Assembly (NCBI GenBank): GCA_964247055.1
Contig: OZ176050.1
Span: 6,014,001-6,078,000, forward strand
Direction of reading: 5' to 3'
DNA: 64,000 nt
From: Paragordius varius
Lineage: Eukaryota; Animalia; Nematomorpha
In this document: piece by piece, positions 27,181 through 47,280 of the stretch
Layout of the letters: each line of letters begins with the position of its first letter
Position numbering within the stretch: the stretch's first letter is position 1
Program-made: the position numbers and the translations under genes
The notes under the pieces: model-generated
Told to the model about the DNA's origin: nothing
Databases searched by the model: none
What the model saw: only the letters and a program-made list of their open reading frames with translations

Positions 27181-27432
27181 CCCTAGACGTCAACCCGACC
27201 CCCGACACAACTAGACGGCTGTCACTGAGCCACCATTGACTGGTGTATGGAAGGGCAGGAAGGGACGTCTTTTGTGGACAGTGGCGACGTGGGTCTGCTA
27301 CACCCTTTTCTTGATACACCTTGATCAAAAATATTTATATTTCACCATTGAAAAAATGTAATAAAATGTCAAAGAAAAGAAAAATTAAGGAAGAAAATCG
27401 ATAAGTAAATTGGACTTATGATTATTGTTTTC

Positions 27433-28019
27433 TTAACACTTGGATACAACACACTCATTTTAGTCCTTCGATTCAAATTGGGGTAGTTGGATACCTTAGG
27501 CCTGTTTAAAATCAAATACTTTAAAAAGTATGGAAGGAATCGAAACTATGGCAAAATTTTGCACTTATATAACATTAATAAACCAAAGTATATTAAAAAT
27601 TTTATTCAAAAATACTTGATATTACTTATTTTAATCTAAAACCGAAAGATAAAAATTTCGTTAACGTGAAATGTGTCAAATTGTAAAATTAAAAAATAAT
27701 ACAAAATAAACTGCTTTTTATATTTCTCTCAATGCTAGATGTAATTTATATAAAAATTAGCTTTAGTTTTACCCTTAAAATTAAATGAAGACGATATTTT
27801 GCAAAAATTTTGTAAAATAAAAATGGCGTCGAAGTAGGTTGAGATGGAACTTTTTTTTCAAAACAAAATTTTATCAAGATATTTTGGCATACTTATATAA
27901 TTTTTATCAGGATAGAAGCATAAATAAATTGGGACCGTTTCCTTCAGTAGTTTTTTAAAAATATTAATTTAAATTTAGTCTGGGGTATTTAGATACCCCA
28001 ATTTGAATCGAAGTGTTAA
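27433..28019. mobile_element. TTAA-flanked piggyBac-type MITE, copy 3, inserted in the hAT transposase
   Basis: TTAA-CACTTGGATAC...AATCGAAGTG-TTAA. Transposase sequence resumes after it. Confidence 0.87.
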
Positions 28020-28664
28020 TACTTACGACAAAACATTATGCATAATATGCAAAGAAACAACAAATGTGTTTAAATGAACCCTCGCCACTATGAAACGAAA
28101 CACAAAAAAATATATGATAAATATTCATTTCAGACAAAACAAAATCGAATATTTACAATAAAGAAAAGCAACCAGTAATATCCGCAATAATCGAAACTTC
28201 CTTTAATATATCAAAATCGATTACAAATAAACCGTTCACCGAAGGAGATTATATAAAAAAGTGTCCCCTTGTTTCTGTCAAACAAATATGCCCCAAACAA
28301 ATGGAAAAGTTAAGTTTTTAAGCTTGTCCGATACCCTTGTGCGACCAAACGAATATATATCAGCCGATATGGTGTAAAAATTAAAAGTAAATACTCCCAA
28401 TTTGAATTTTTAGCGCTCGATGAAAGCCATGTCAAAACAAGTACAGCTTAATTGGTAATTTTTATCCAAGGAATTGCTAAACAATTCTGTTTAACCGAAG
28501 AACTTACTGCATTAAAAAGTCTATACGAGAAAACTAGGGAAGATTTAATTATGCAACTATTAGATGTTTTCAATATCACGATCTCAAATGGGAACAATTA
28601 AAAAATGTGATCACTAATGGGGCCATGAACATGGCGGGTTATAATTCTGGTTTGATTGGCCTGA

Positions 28665-29249
28665 TTAACACTTCGATTCAAATTGGGGTATCTAAACCCA
28701 GACTAAATTTGAGTTAGTTTTGTAAAAAACTACTGAAAAAGACGATCCCAATTTAAATTTATGCTTCTATCCTAATAAAAATTATATTTATAAAGCCAAA
28801 ATATCTTGATAAAATTTCGTTTTGAAAAAAAAGTTTAATGTCAAACTACTTCGACGCCATTTTTATTTTACAAAATTTTTGCAAAATAACGTCTTCATTT
28901 AATTTTAAGGGTAAAATTAAAGCTAATTTTACCCTTAAAATCACATATAACATTAATAGAAATAGAAAAAGCTGCTTAGTTTCTATTATTTTTTAATTTT
29001 ACCATTGCACGCATTCCACGTTGACTAAATTTTTACCTGGTTTTAGCTTAAAAAAAGTAATATCAAGTATTTTTGAATAAAATTTTTTATATATTTCGGT
29101 TTATTAATGATATATGAGTGCAAGATTTTGCCATGGTTTCGATTCCTTCCATATTTTTTAAAGAATTTAATTTTAAACAGGCCTGGGGTATTTAACTACC
29201 CCAATTTGAATCGAAGGACTAAAATGAATGTGTTGTATCCAAGTGTTAA
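28665..29249. mobile_element. TTAA-flanked piggyBac-type MITE, copy 4 (opposite orientation)
   Basis: TTAA-CACTTCGATTCAAATTGGGG...GTATCCAAGTG-TTAA. Confidence 0.87.
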
Positions 29250-29900
29250 TAAGATATTTAAAGACTTATATAAAAAGCCTCCTTTCAACATCATTGCATT
29301 ACACTGCTCAACAAGGTTTTGCACCATCCCATTATTTTTGCATTTTCTGCCTAATGGCATGAAAAGGCCAAAACAAAAAAGAAAATTGAGGCCACCAATA
29401 GGATTTTTCCGAAATTTAATTTTTAAATTTGTATTTAATTTAAAAATAATAATCATTCCTCGTGTACATACGTTTAAATATTCAAACGAACAAGTCGATA
29501 CAAGTAATATTCCATGCATGAATAACAAAATTCTACGCATAATATAAGATACTAAGCAAGCTAAGAACCAAAGTATTAAAAATCTAAAAGGAACTTATGT
29601 ATAGTGTGATAGATCCGGGCGGCTGCACAAGCTCTGCATATCCCCCAAGCGATCCAATTATGCCAGATATGGCAAAGATAACAATAAGTAATCGTAAAGC
29701 CCGATAAGCGAGACTTGCAAGCAAAATCCAGGCAAATTGACATGTCAAATTAACCAATTCACAGAATAAAGTTAGATAAATTCTACAATTAAATTGAATA
29801 AAAAGATTAGGTAAATACAAATGGTCCAATCCCATAATAGTAAATTATACTAAAAGTGGCTACACAACATCCATCTGAAATTAAAAATACAAAAAGTATA
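29250..29900 (+). mobile_element. Possible degraded non-LTR retrotransposon fragment (RT C-terminal region)
   Basis: KIIIIPRVHTFKY...NIPCMNNKILRII resembles the post-RT 'P.l.Y...N+.LR.I' region of LINEs. The similarity is weak. Confidence 0.3.
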
Positions 29901-31264
29901 TCCAAATAAATCACTTTTTGTAAGAAGCAACTCAAGAAAAAAAGCCTAATAAGTACTCGAAAGAACGAAAACTAACAAAAAAAATATAGCCTATCTGAAA
30001 GCCGAAGGTTTAAACCATAGAATGCCTTTTTTAGTATTTTTTTAAAAATTTTTTATACGTATTAAAAATTCACTAAGAAAAAGACTAAATTTTGACGTTT
30101 AAGTCCGTACTATTTTTTTCTCTCTGATATTTAAATGACATATTTATATTCAAAAGATAGAGTTTGAAACGCTTTAATAAATGATATTAAGTTTATAATA
30201 TAATAACATTTTATTATAAAGTTATATTTAATTTTCTCTCGATTTTCTCTTGTTTTTGAAAAACCTATAATATTTCAAAATTCTGATTGGCGGGATCAAA
30301 ATTTTTTCACATTCGGTTTTAAAACACTGAAATTAGTCATAATTTAAAAGTTTGAGTGGTGGTGCTCAAAAATTTCCAAATTTGTCGACTAGTGTTATTC
30401 ATCAACATGCACTATGTGCAAAAGTTGTAAATTTAATAAATGTTATGACTATTCTTGTAAAATCTATAAATTTTATCCGGAGAAACGGTGGTAACCATAG
30501 ACTATTTCGATAAATTTTTAATGAAATTGCGAGAGAATATAAAAAGATCATTTCTTTTTCCGTAATAAGATGGCTCAGTCGCGGTAAAATTTAAAAAAAA
30601 ATTTTTGGGATCGAAATAAGGGAAATAATATAACATAGTTATCAAATTTGAATGGATGAGTGAGTTAGCATTTCTCGTAGAAATCACTACTTATCTTAAT
30701 AAATTGAATTTATTTTTATAAGGAAAGAAAAAAGTAATTAACGAGCTATTTGAAGAAATAAAGGGTTTTCCCCATAAAATAAAATTGATTATTTCTCACC
30801 TTAAAAAAAATTACTGTCATTTTTTGCAATCGTTTGTAACCAAAACGACAAACAATGTCCATCGCATATTTTAATTAATACACTAAAAATACTGGATGAA
30901 AGTTTTTTTACTTGGTTTGATGATTTTTTGGAAATAACTTATGTTTTAAAATCTTTTATTTATATTGTTAAAGCACATAAGTGTGTTCAATTGGCCTTAA
31001 TTAATTTGTAATCTAGCATTGCTTATAAAAATAATTTTAAGGACAAGAATTTTATTACATTTCATTTAATTTATAAGACAATAAAATTTATTTAAGAAGC
31101 TTTGCCAAATATATGATTTTTATAGTTTCTAGTACTTATTTCGTGAACAAACGTTTTCAACATAAAATCATAGAACGAGATTGACGGATGAAAATTTGCG
31201 TAATTTGTTGAGGAACTCAGTAACGCAACCACAAACGGACTTTGATAAACTATTAGACAATATA

Positions 31265-32256
31265 TAGGGTGGGGTGATAAAAAAAGTCGCACTTGACTTG
31301 TGAGTCAAGCGTGGCAAGTTGAGTAAATTTACTTAAGCCAGCAAGTGTGCACTTGAAGATCGGTGATAAAAAAACATTTAAGTCAAGTCTTTTGCTTATG
31401 AATGTAACATTTTTTTAACACCCAATTCTAATTTAGCCATAATTTATGAAATAAGGCACAGAAAGATAAACAATTAACACAATATGCATTTATTGAAGTT
31501 TTTCAAACTCACTGGCACGTATCTTATTTAATATTATAGAGTTTTCTAAATATTGAGCCTGGTAATAATTTTTTAGATTGATGAAACCATTCCCCTTAAA
31601 ACACTTTCCATTATTTTACCACACTACTTATTTTGTTTGGAGTCCATTATAAATATAATGGGAAGATGTTGATACAATATAACATATTATTATTTTCATT
31701 GATTATCAACAATACATTTGAAATAAATTTAGAATGGAATAAATTATTTACATTAGTTAATAGTGAAGTATCCTTAAGCGTTTAATAAACGAAGATTTTG
31801 AAATTTTACAAGATTAATATTTAATTATTAAGTTCAAGAAATTTTCGAGAATCAAATTTTTTTGCGTTCACGAAATCGATATATTTAGCATATTTTTATA
31901 TGCCATGCTATTAAATATTAGCAGAGCTTTTCTATAAATTTATCCGCTTTTGTATCCACCCAATGAATAGGTTAATTAGCCAAAATTTATCGAATTAACA
32001 TTTTATAGCATTAACAAAGGTTTGAATTACTTAAAAACCTAAATTACATACATAAATAGTTTTCAAAATAATTTTATCCATATTTTTAAATCTGTGAAGT
32101 GTGCCCTACATCACACTTGCAAAATCTTAAAGTTTTGCCTGATCATATGATTTTTATCACCTCCGAATCAAATTTTCTTCCTTGACTTAACACATGAAAG
32201 CAAGCCATGACTTGAAAAACTTGCAAGTCAAAAATTTTTTTTTATCACCCCACCTA
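31265..32256. mobile_element. ~1 kb TIR element flanked by TA; superfamily unclear
   Basis: The left end TA-GGGTGGGGTGATAAAAAAA...GACTTG and the right end CAAGTC...TTTTTTTATCACCCCACC-TA are inverted repeats. Internal GGTGATAAAAAA and TTTTTATCACC sub-repeats are present. Confidence 0.7.
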
Positions 32257-32270
32257 TTAATTTTAAAAAA

Positions 32271-32334
32271 GCCTTTTGGTGTCTAACTACCCCAATTCGA
32301 ATCAAAGGATTGAAATGAATGTGTTGTATCCAAG
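32271..32334. mobile_element. Terminal fragment of the piggyBac-type MITE family
   Basis: taactaccccaattcgaatcaaaggattgaaatgaatgtgttgtatccaag is the reverse complement of the MITE left end. Confidence 0.7.
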
Positions 32335-32880
32335 GAATATATATATATATATTTACTTTGTCAATATATATTTTAGAAATTATTGGGCATTCAGGTTGTG
32401 ACAAAAAAATTACTTTTTATGGAGTTAATTTAGCGATTTTTTGATATAGAACAATTACTACAAAAATAATAAATTTAATACAAAAAAAAGATTATAATAA
32501 TTCTTTAATATTATCCTAAAAGAATAATATATATATATATATATATATATGAGATTATGAGTTAATTTTAGGCACTAATTGGGATGGATAAGTAATACGA
32601 GATGTCTTGACTGGTAATTAGCTTGCGTTTCCAGCGCTACCTCTTTTATAGATGGATAGAATAAGGATGTATATATATAAAATCGCTTTTATTATTATTG
32701 CGTATCCAATAACTCGTTTGCTCTATTTTTAAATTTTATACAAATCGTAAAATGTCGACAATAATTTGATTTTATAGCGTTAAGTTTTTTTCGTGTTATA
32801 CCATGTACGCCGAGGAATTTGAAAAATGTGCTTAGAGATTGTTAACATATTTTTCTTTTTTATCCTAAATATTATAGTTA

Positions 32881-39160
<6,280 letters not shown>

Positions 39161-40453
39161 GATTGGGTTAAGCTGACATTTTTAACATATATAACATTAT
39201 ACTATGAAATATTATTTAATTACACAAAATTTATGTATACAATTAATGTATTTTAGCAAATAATAAATTTATTATGTTCTATCAATGATAAATATATTTT
39301 TTCCACACTTTTCCATTTAAACAATTTATATTAGGTCAAATGTACCATTTAAAATGATATCTTTTCATCTAATGAATACTCTGATGCATATAATAATTGG
39401 GTTTTACGAAAAAAACTTGATATGTTGTCATTATTATGCCATAAAGTTCATTATAATCCTATACATGCAGTTAAAAATTGATTGATATCAAAAATGGACC
39501 TTACACCTAGTTAATCTTAAAATACTAATTGAATTTTTAAAAAAATTAAATTTTACATATTAGGATAAAGGCCAGTTTTTAATGATCGGTAAAATCGTTA
39601 GTTGTACAGAATGGCATGTGGTACCAAAAAATCGCCCTAATAAATCTTCAAGTAAGTATATTCTGAATATGAAATACCTCGTGGAAAAAATTCCGAATAC
39701 GGAGTCCTAATCTTTACTTACCATATTAGGATTTAGAAAAGCGTAGAGCCGTTTCGTCACACAAAGGCATCAGCATTTATCAAAATAAATTAGAGGCGAT
39801 CAGCAATCAGTCTGCGCTCATATCTGCGGATGGAATCGCTAAATAGCTGTATGCAATGTAGAAAATATATAACCATAAGTAAATTATTTTTTAGTCAAAA
39901 TTAAAGAATTATTGTTGTACATTGGTACGGTTTAAGAATATAATCAAATACACTTAGTTTTTAAAAATGCAAAATTAGATCATCTAGTTTTAATAAATCT
40001 TAATGAACGAAAACATTTACCTGCAATAAATAATATTGGGTGGCTCTTAAACGGTCAAAATAGCGTTTTAGCTAGACCATTACTTTTAAAATCAGGTTGA
40101 TTCACAAATCAGCATTAACGCCAGGCAATCATTTTGTTTTTTGTGTAATACTGAAAATCATGAATTCAATTAATTTATAATAATGATAAGAGAGTTTAAT
40201 TAAAGAGCACTTTATACTGAAATGTAATAACATTCAATATGATTTGAGAAATTTAGTTTTATAGAGTTTAAATTAATAACCTACAAATGGGTAAATTACT
40301 TAAACAACATGAAGCGATACAAATAACTTAAAAGATTTAAGGGCTTTAAAGCTAAAATATTGATAAACATATTGAATAAACCTTAATATTTTGGTATAAT
40401 CATTTTGAATAATTTATTTTAACTTTAGGGATACTTGAATAAATAGTTATAGT

Positions 40454-41193
40454 TAGGGTTGTGCCGACCAGGTCAAAGAGCTAGGGTCATGACCTAGGTC
40501 ATTTAATTTTTTTTCTCATTTAAAACGTCCAAAATTTAAATGAAAACAAAACCTTATAGTAGGTCAAAGAATTTTGGAGGTTCATTGGTACATTTACCCA
40601 CTATCAAGACTTTTTCGTTAGTCTTTTATACCCGCTTTAATAGTGCGGCGGAAAGAAGTTTTTCTACGCAGAAATAACAGAAATGCTTAGCTGATCGTTT
40701 TAACATATTAATGGCCGTAAAATATAACCTATGGTATGATGTTGACACCACTAGCAGTGATAAGGATGAATTGATTATTTATTGATATTTTAGATTCGTA
40801 ATGTCAGTTTATTAAATTTATGGGCCAATAACTAGAGCATTGGTTTCAAAAAATTTAGTATTTGGCATTTTTTTCTTTACACTATAATTAATTTACATCA
40901 AGTGTTGTATTAAATTTATATTTCAAACCAAGTCTCATCTTTAAGCTTTGATTTAAAATGTCCTATAAGACCTTATGTATGGTTTGTGGAAAGATCGTTA
41001 ATTTGAATAAATTTTAAATTACCAGTCTATTGGTGTCAATACACTTTTTAAAATATATTTTTTATTCAAAAACCTTTTTTAAATAATTTCTATAAGTATT
41101 CATGTATTTAGTATTTATTTTGAGGATATTTGGACGGTTCGACTTAGGTCATACCTTCTTTTTTTGAGAAAGGGGATCAAAATCACAACCCTT
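40454..41193. mobile_element. Possible old hAT-type MITE
   Basis: TAGGGTTGTG at 40454 and CACAACCCTT ending at 41193; internal GACCTAGGTC-like repeats. The TSD matches only partially. Confidence 0.3.
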
Positions 41194-41449
41194 CTTATTC
41201 TATTTTTATTGCAAAAGTTTTTTATGATTAATCGGAACTTTAATTTTTATGGTTATCATATGAAATATTTAATAGGGATGAGATGACAATTTTTATCTGA
41301 ACGAAAGCATCTTTATAAGCTATTTTCTCCTTCCAAAGGAGGTAAGTGTGTTAATTTTTTCTGTCTACTCCTTGTTCGATATTTTTATTAAGAAAGTCTA
41401 AATCTTCTTGAATAGTGGAATGCCAGATTTTATGAGGTCTATGTTTTTT

Positions 41450-44190
41450 GTTTTTTTATAAGTTGAATATGATTGTATCCTTATCCAGTTTATGTCTTGG
41501 GCTCTGTGGATATGACCAGCCTAACATAAACGGTTTTCACGGATAGCTGGATTAAGTGTTTTATATTGGGTTTGATAGGCACAGAATTTGGATTAGAAAT
41601 TTTAGATTTAGAGTTGTGAGCTAAAAGGATGGCTTTTAGGATTTTGTACTCCCCTTTCGCAGTTATTGAAGTGATTTTGTCATTGGCCATGTTTCCGTAC
41701 CATATAGTATGCAGGACGTATAGCAGCATAAAATTTAGCCTTTCAACTGAGTAAAAGGTATATATTTCAAACCCGTATGCGCAAAATATGACATTATTTC
41801 CAGCCAGCTTTGATTTTATGCGATGAGACCGATTCTAACCACCAGCAGCTAAAGTATCACCTAGGTATGTAAATTTGTTTAAGAATTTAAATAAAGTGAG
41901 GACTCGGGATGAAGGTATTGTTATAGTGTTTGTTGCATTGCAAGGGAGGCAGATTAAGTTTTTGTTTCATATAAACTTTAAGTGGAGCATTTTTCATGCA
42001 CCCATTTTAAACATTTGGTACACTTTATTGAATATGGCGTTACATTTAATAAACACACAGAGTACGGACATTTTATTGTTTTGTTTCGCACATTGTTTGT
42101 TTTTTGATATATTCATTTTTAGACCGAACTTAGGGCATCCATAAGGTGACCAGATTTTTTGAAGGAAAAAGCGGGACAAATCTGAGAAGGGGGGGGGGGG
42201 TTATGAGGTGGGGTGTACAACCAAAAATTTTTATACAAAAAATTTATTGTAGTATTTATTTATTTTTAATTTTAACACAAATACATGATAAATATAAAAA
42301 ATATTTAATTCCTTGGTATATTTTTCATTTGAGTGAATGCGTTTTAGCAGATTGTCATCATTTTATAGTAGATTTCACAAGAATTTGTCAAATTATATTT
42401 GACACATAAAATGGTAAAGTTTCAACATTTAAATTTGACTTTTCCGATGTCCACATCTGATTTACTGTGGAAAAAACGCGCTCAGTAGCAGCGTTGGTTC
42501 CACGTAAAGATAATTCAAATTCTACAATTTTTAAAATATTGTAAGGAACATAGTTTGTTTCAAAATGATGAAATATTTCTAACCATTTCTCTTCTAGTGT
42601 ATTTTTTCTGTTGTCCATAATTTAAGTTTTTCATTGTTAATATATTTTATAACTAATGATACTTTAGAAAAAAGATATTTTCTGAAAGGTTACTTTTTGG
42701 GAATTTTTGGGAGATGCAGAAATGATTTTTGAACATCGCACCAATTAAATTCTGGTTTTAATGTTATCCAATGAAAATGATCAATTTCATTAAATTGCAC
42801 CGTCCAGTCTTCCAATAATCTTTACAGTTTGTATGAAACATTTTTAATGGTACAGGATATCTTGGCGTTTTATTAAGCCTTGTTTTTTTAAATTATTTAT
42901 AATATTGCGGATGGATACTGGTATAAAATTATTTTATAACCTTTCTTGACATTGGAATTTTAGGTTAACTTCATTGGCTACTTCGATGGCCGAAGTTTTG
43001 TCACTTTCTATCAATTTAATAACATTTTGAAAAAGAAAAGCTTGATTATGTAGGAACTCTAACCATATTGAAGAATCACTTTCAAAAAACTTTTCCAAAG
43101 TTGTAGGACATTTGTCCTGTGATAAAAAATTAGGATTTTAAAAGATCATTTTTTAAAATTCTTTCGATAGCTGGCAGAAGAGCAAACCAACGAGTTTTAC
43201 AATATCCAAGCATTTTTTAATATTGAACTTCTGCATTTGCACAGAATTTCTTAGGCGTTTCAACGCGCACCGTGTATATAAAAATAGGAATATACCTTAA
43301 CAACTACATTTTCCACATCTAGGGGTAACAAATCAGCAGCTGTTTGAATAGCGTTGTGTGTTATATGCGCTACATACCCAACGAATATTGTTTTGATTAA
43401 GATTATCTGCTAATTACTGAAAATTATTTTTTGTTCCCCTCCTTGCTTTTCCACCGAAGTTCGTATTGGTGTTGTCACCGCAATATGCGATGATTTTGTC
43501 TTTTAAATTATTTTTTCCTAGAATATTCATTATTGAAGTAAAATTATGTCGGAATTCGCACCGGGTAGAGAAATAAAATTTAAAATTTTAATTTTACTCC
43601 GGTTTCTGGACCAAAATATTTTATTAACGTAGTATGGCGATATGAAATTAATTTTCAGCAAATCTTTTTGTATTCAGAAAATGCATATGGCGAAAGGACA
43701 ATGCATACAATGGCTTCAAATAAAAAACTTTAATTTAAAATTGATATAGATTTTAAAGATAACTAATGATAAATTTAAACGGATAAAAAAATAAATTTTT
43801 TATAAAAAATTTCAATGTATTTAAAAAATTTAATTTTATATAACCGTGAAAAAGCGGGACATTTCTGAAACGCAGCGGGACGCGGGACAAAGTGTGAAAA
43901 AGCGGGACTGTCCCGCCAAAAGCGGGACGTCTGGTTACCTTAGGTATCCATCCATAAATTCCATTTTTTAATTCGTTTGCTGATGTGGCGCTAATATTAA
44001 GTCATTAGCATAACAAAAAGTAATTGTAGAATATCTTTTGTAATCTTTTCCATAATTAAGAAGAATAAAAGGAGACTCAGTATACTTGGGTGCAGACCAT
44101 GAACAAAAAATTATACTGCAATAAATGATAAGATCAATAAAGTGGGCTAGCGATCATAGAGGCAAGTGCTTTTTAAATTGATAAAATCTA
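41450..44190 (-). mobile_element. RTE-clade LINE reverse-transcriptase remnant, split by hAT element B3
   Basis: Minus-strand motifs in the expected order: GLHPSILSLLLFFLIME (~44090), YANDLIL (~44010), then across B3 KFGLKMNISK (~42120), FTYLG (~41870) and ILYGTETW (~41700). Multiple stops and frameshifts. Confidence 0.75.
42142..43942 (-). mobile_element. hAT-Blackjack-like element B3 (internally deleted)
   Basis: Termini TAAGGTGACCAGA and CGTCTGGTTACCTTA; TSD GGCATCCA / GGTATCCA (7 of 8 bases); transposase remnant GTNAATERVFS. Confidence 0.88.
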
Positions 44191-44711
44191 AAATTCAAAA
44201 ATGTGTCAATTTATTGTGCTATAAAATACACGAATTTAAATGATAATAAATAAGTTTCGATATATTATAATTGTAGGTATGAAAATCAGACATTAAGATA
44301 AATATTTAGTTGTAAATTGAACATAACTCTAAATGATATTTTATCAACATATAATTTAGTGTTGGTTAAAAGATTTACAGTAGAAAAATAACAATTATAA
44401 ATACCCCATAAATTACCGTTTTACCATTAACCTTACAAATAAATAATGACTTTCAGCTTAGTGGAAACAGGGTTTAACATATTATGTTCATTAATCTATT
44501 TTGGTATTTATTTATTAATCAAATAATATAGGAAGGGTTAATTTAAAGCAAAGGTACACCATAAAGGGCCATAAAAAATATAATAGTCTTAAGGGCTGAG
44601 AACAATATTATATCGATAAAAACTTCATGGCTGTTTGACTGCAGATACTTATTCTCAAAATAAGTATATAAAAATTAAATAAATAGTTCAGGGCATTAAA
44701 AAGCATTTTTA

Positions 44712-44751
44712 GGGCCGCATGCGGCCCGTTGCCGGGGTTTAAATACAGCTG
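44712..44751. mobile_element. hAT-like terminal remnant
   Basis: GGGCCGCATGCGGCCCG...GTTT..ATAC..CTG resembles Charlie/SPIN-type right ends. Confidence 0.4.
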
Positions 44752-46099
44752 ATTAAAAGTCTTAGAATAAATATTAATGGTAAATATATCAAACCGTCAC
44801 CATTTTTTCTCATTTATAAACTGCTATTTGGATAGGAAACCTTTTTATGGAAAAGAATTTTGTAACAGGTAAAAACGGTTTCAGTTCTAATTTATAAAAA
44901 TACTTCATGAAAACTTTTGCTCATTTACATAAATATAATGGCACCTATAAAATAATAGATTCTAAAAACAAATAACCCGAACACCGAATTTTATAATTAA
45001 TAATATTACATATCATCGAAATATATGGTTGTAAAATTCATGATTTCAACAGTAATTACATTTATTTAACAAATTTTTACATCAAACTATTATTATAATT
45101 AAAAATACTTTAGCATTTATTAGTATTTGCAGCAATATAATGATATACAACAACCAAGAGGAACAAAAAGACCCCCAAAATGTTAACGAAAATGGCAAGC
45201 TGAACGTCTTGGATCATTTTTCACGTGGAGAATGAATGCTAGATAACGCCTTATGTTTATTAAAATTTCAAAATTAACCCTTTATTACCTTTTAAGTCCT
45301 AGATCACCTTATAGAGTAGATCTATATCCTAGAGCTCGATTTTTTAACTACTACTTTTAAAAATTTTAGAAATATTGTTCTCATTTATATAAAAAAGCTT
45401 ATATTGTTACAGTTTTGTGACTTCTAGAGTCTCAAATTGAACACGAACGAAAAGAACATTCAAAAATAAAAAAATATATCAAATTTTGCTGGCAAAATGT
45501 ATCTCGAAAGCTTTAATTATTTACGTTTTCTAACCATAATATTCATTTATTTAGGTGTTGCATTAGCGATTCAAATAATTTTATAGGAAAAAAATAATGG
45601 CCAAAAAGGTTGCGATCAGGATTTTTATACAACTTTACAATTTTTTGCAAAATGCGTGTGAACGAATCAAGAAAACCTGTAATTTAAATTTATAACTCAC
45701 AAACTTTTAAAAATACTCAAATTTTAAATCGCTTTGGGGTATAAAATTACCCCAAAAGGTAATGAAGTCTATACGTTGGACATAAACATTTTATTTTCTT
45801 TAAAATGGCTTTGTACGCCATAAAAATATATTTCATCATCTTAAAAAATTGGCCAAATCATTTAATATCGTTTTGGCCTTTTATGCGCATAATTCAGTTT
45901 TTATGAAATATAAAATAATCGCAAAACTCATTTTTTTTTTCGTCGCCATCTTTTTTATCGCTAACACTTCGTAAATTGTTCAACAAGAAAAAATTGTTTG
46001 CATAGAATGTTAATAAATAACTCTTGATTCTATCTTCATTACCCCCCATATTAGATAAAAAAAATTGTTTGATTTGATATAAACAAATTCTAGGTGACA

Positions 46100-47280
46100 C
46101 TTACGATATATATAAAGTCACGATAACCTTGCTGCAATATGCGTGCCAACGGAACCACAACAAGATGGGGAAAGTTTCTAATCGCTGAACAAATAAGATT
46201 CATTGATAGCAATCTTATAAGGAGCCAGTCATAAGTAAACCGAACCAAACTAGTATTGATAAATGCAATGAGGCACTCATGACTTCTTAATTTAGAGCTA
46301 TATATTACCAATCAAAACCATGGAAAACGATATTCAGTAAATTCCTGTGAAACCAGAACCTGCCGATACAAAAGAATTATACCACAAGTGGAACACGAAT
46401 TTAGCATTATGAGATCTTTTAACTTATATATCACAGGGCCGGTAAAATACATTTATTGTCGACAGCTACTGATGGGTAGTGATCCAACTTATTATATGAT
46501 AACGCCAAAAAAATATTAAAAATTATCTAGACAACAACTGTGTCCACGTATAATAATAAACAAAAACATGTCATATTTCACCTCTGATTTCAAAAAATCC
46601 ATGAAAACGGGAAATATCAAACATGTAACAGGACCCTATCATCCAAAGCTAATAGAATAGTCAAGCATACACCCTTAAATAACACTGTTAGCAGGAGCAC
46701 GTTATACATATGGGAATATCTGCTAGCATCAACAGGTCAACAAATTCCAATCCAGCCTATTTATAAAACGTACACTGCCGAATTTAATCAAATAGTTGGA
46801 ATAAAACAGACGAATTATTTAGATCATGTTTATTCAATCCATAAATATCATGAAAATGAAGGAAGTATTTATCAAAAATGAATTATCGTCGGGATGACAA
46901 AAATAAATTGTAAACAGGAGGCGGAGATTACTGTAGAAACCCATGATAGAGGAAAATCATGCGAAAACAAGCCGATCAACATGACCAAGATAAAAAAGTG
47001 AACTAATAGAAGATACATACCATAACATAACCTAAGACACATCCATACTTGTAAAATACAAAAACAAATGCAAAAGTTGTTTATCAAAAATCTCAGCTTA
47101 ACAACACCCCGATCATACGGTCCACGTCCTAGGAGGCTGAAGGAACTTTAATCCAAAGAAACAATCACTATAACACCGTCAATGGAACTCCTTAAAACGC
47201 TATCTGACATCCGACATTTACCAGATATATAAATTCAACAAAAAAGGCATAATGATGAATTAGAAAATATTAATGTTGAC
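46100..47280 (+). mobile_element. Degenerate Ty3/Gypsy integrase remnant
   Basis: GP...IVDSY (~46435-46470) and FTSDFKKSMKTGNIKHVTGPYHP.ANRIV (~46577-46665, with a frameshift) match the integrase core FTS..F......I.H....PYHP..NG.VER. Confidence 0.6.

Larger units (their letters stand above)
27366..30960 (+). pseudogene. SPIN/Charlie (GTF2IRD2/EPM2AIP1-like) hAT transposase pseudogene, interrupted by two piggyBac-type MITEs and a ~1.1 kb insertion
   Basis: Motifs occur in order: MSKKRKIKEENR (27366), LCIICKE...RHYETKH (~28040-28105), FLALDES...LVIFIQG...LTEEL (~28410-28510), VIHQHALCAK...NHRLF (~30390-30510), IRWLSRGK (~30565), LAFLVEITTYLNKLNLFL (~30665). Stops and frameshifts occur throughout. 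Confidence 0.85.

Noticed and set aside
39660-39725. Two apparent 15-nt GT-AG pairs on the minus strand
   Set aside because: The flanking minus-strand frames are short and stop-ridden, with no homology.
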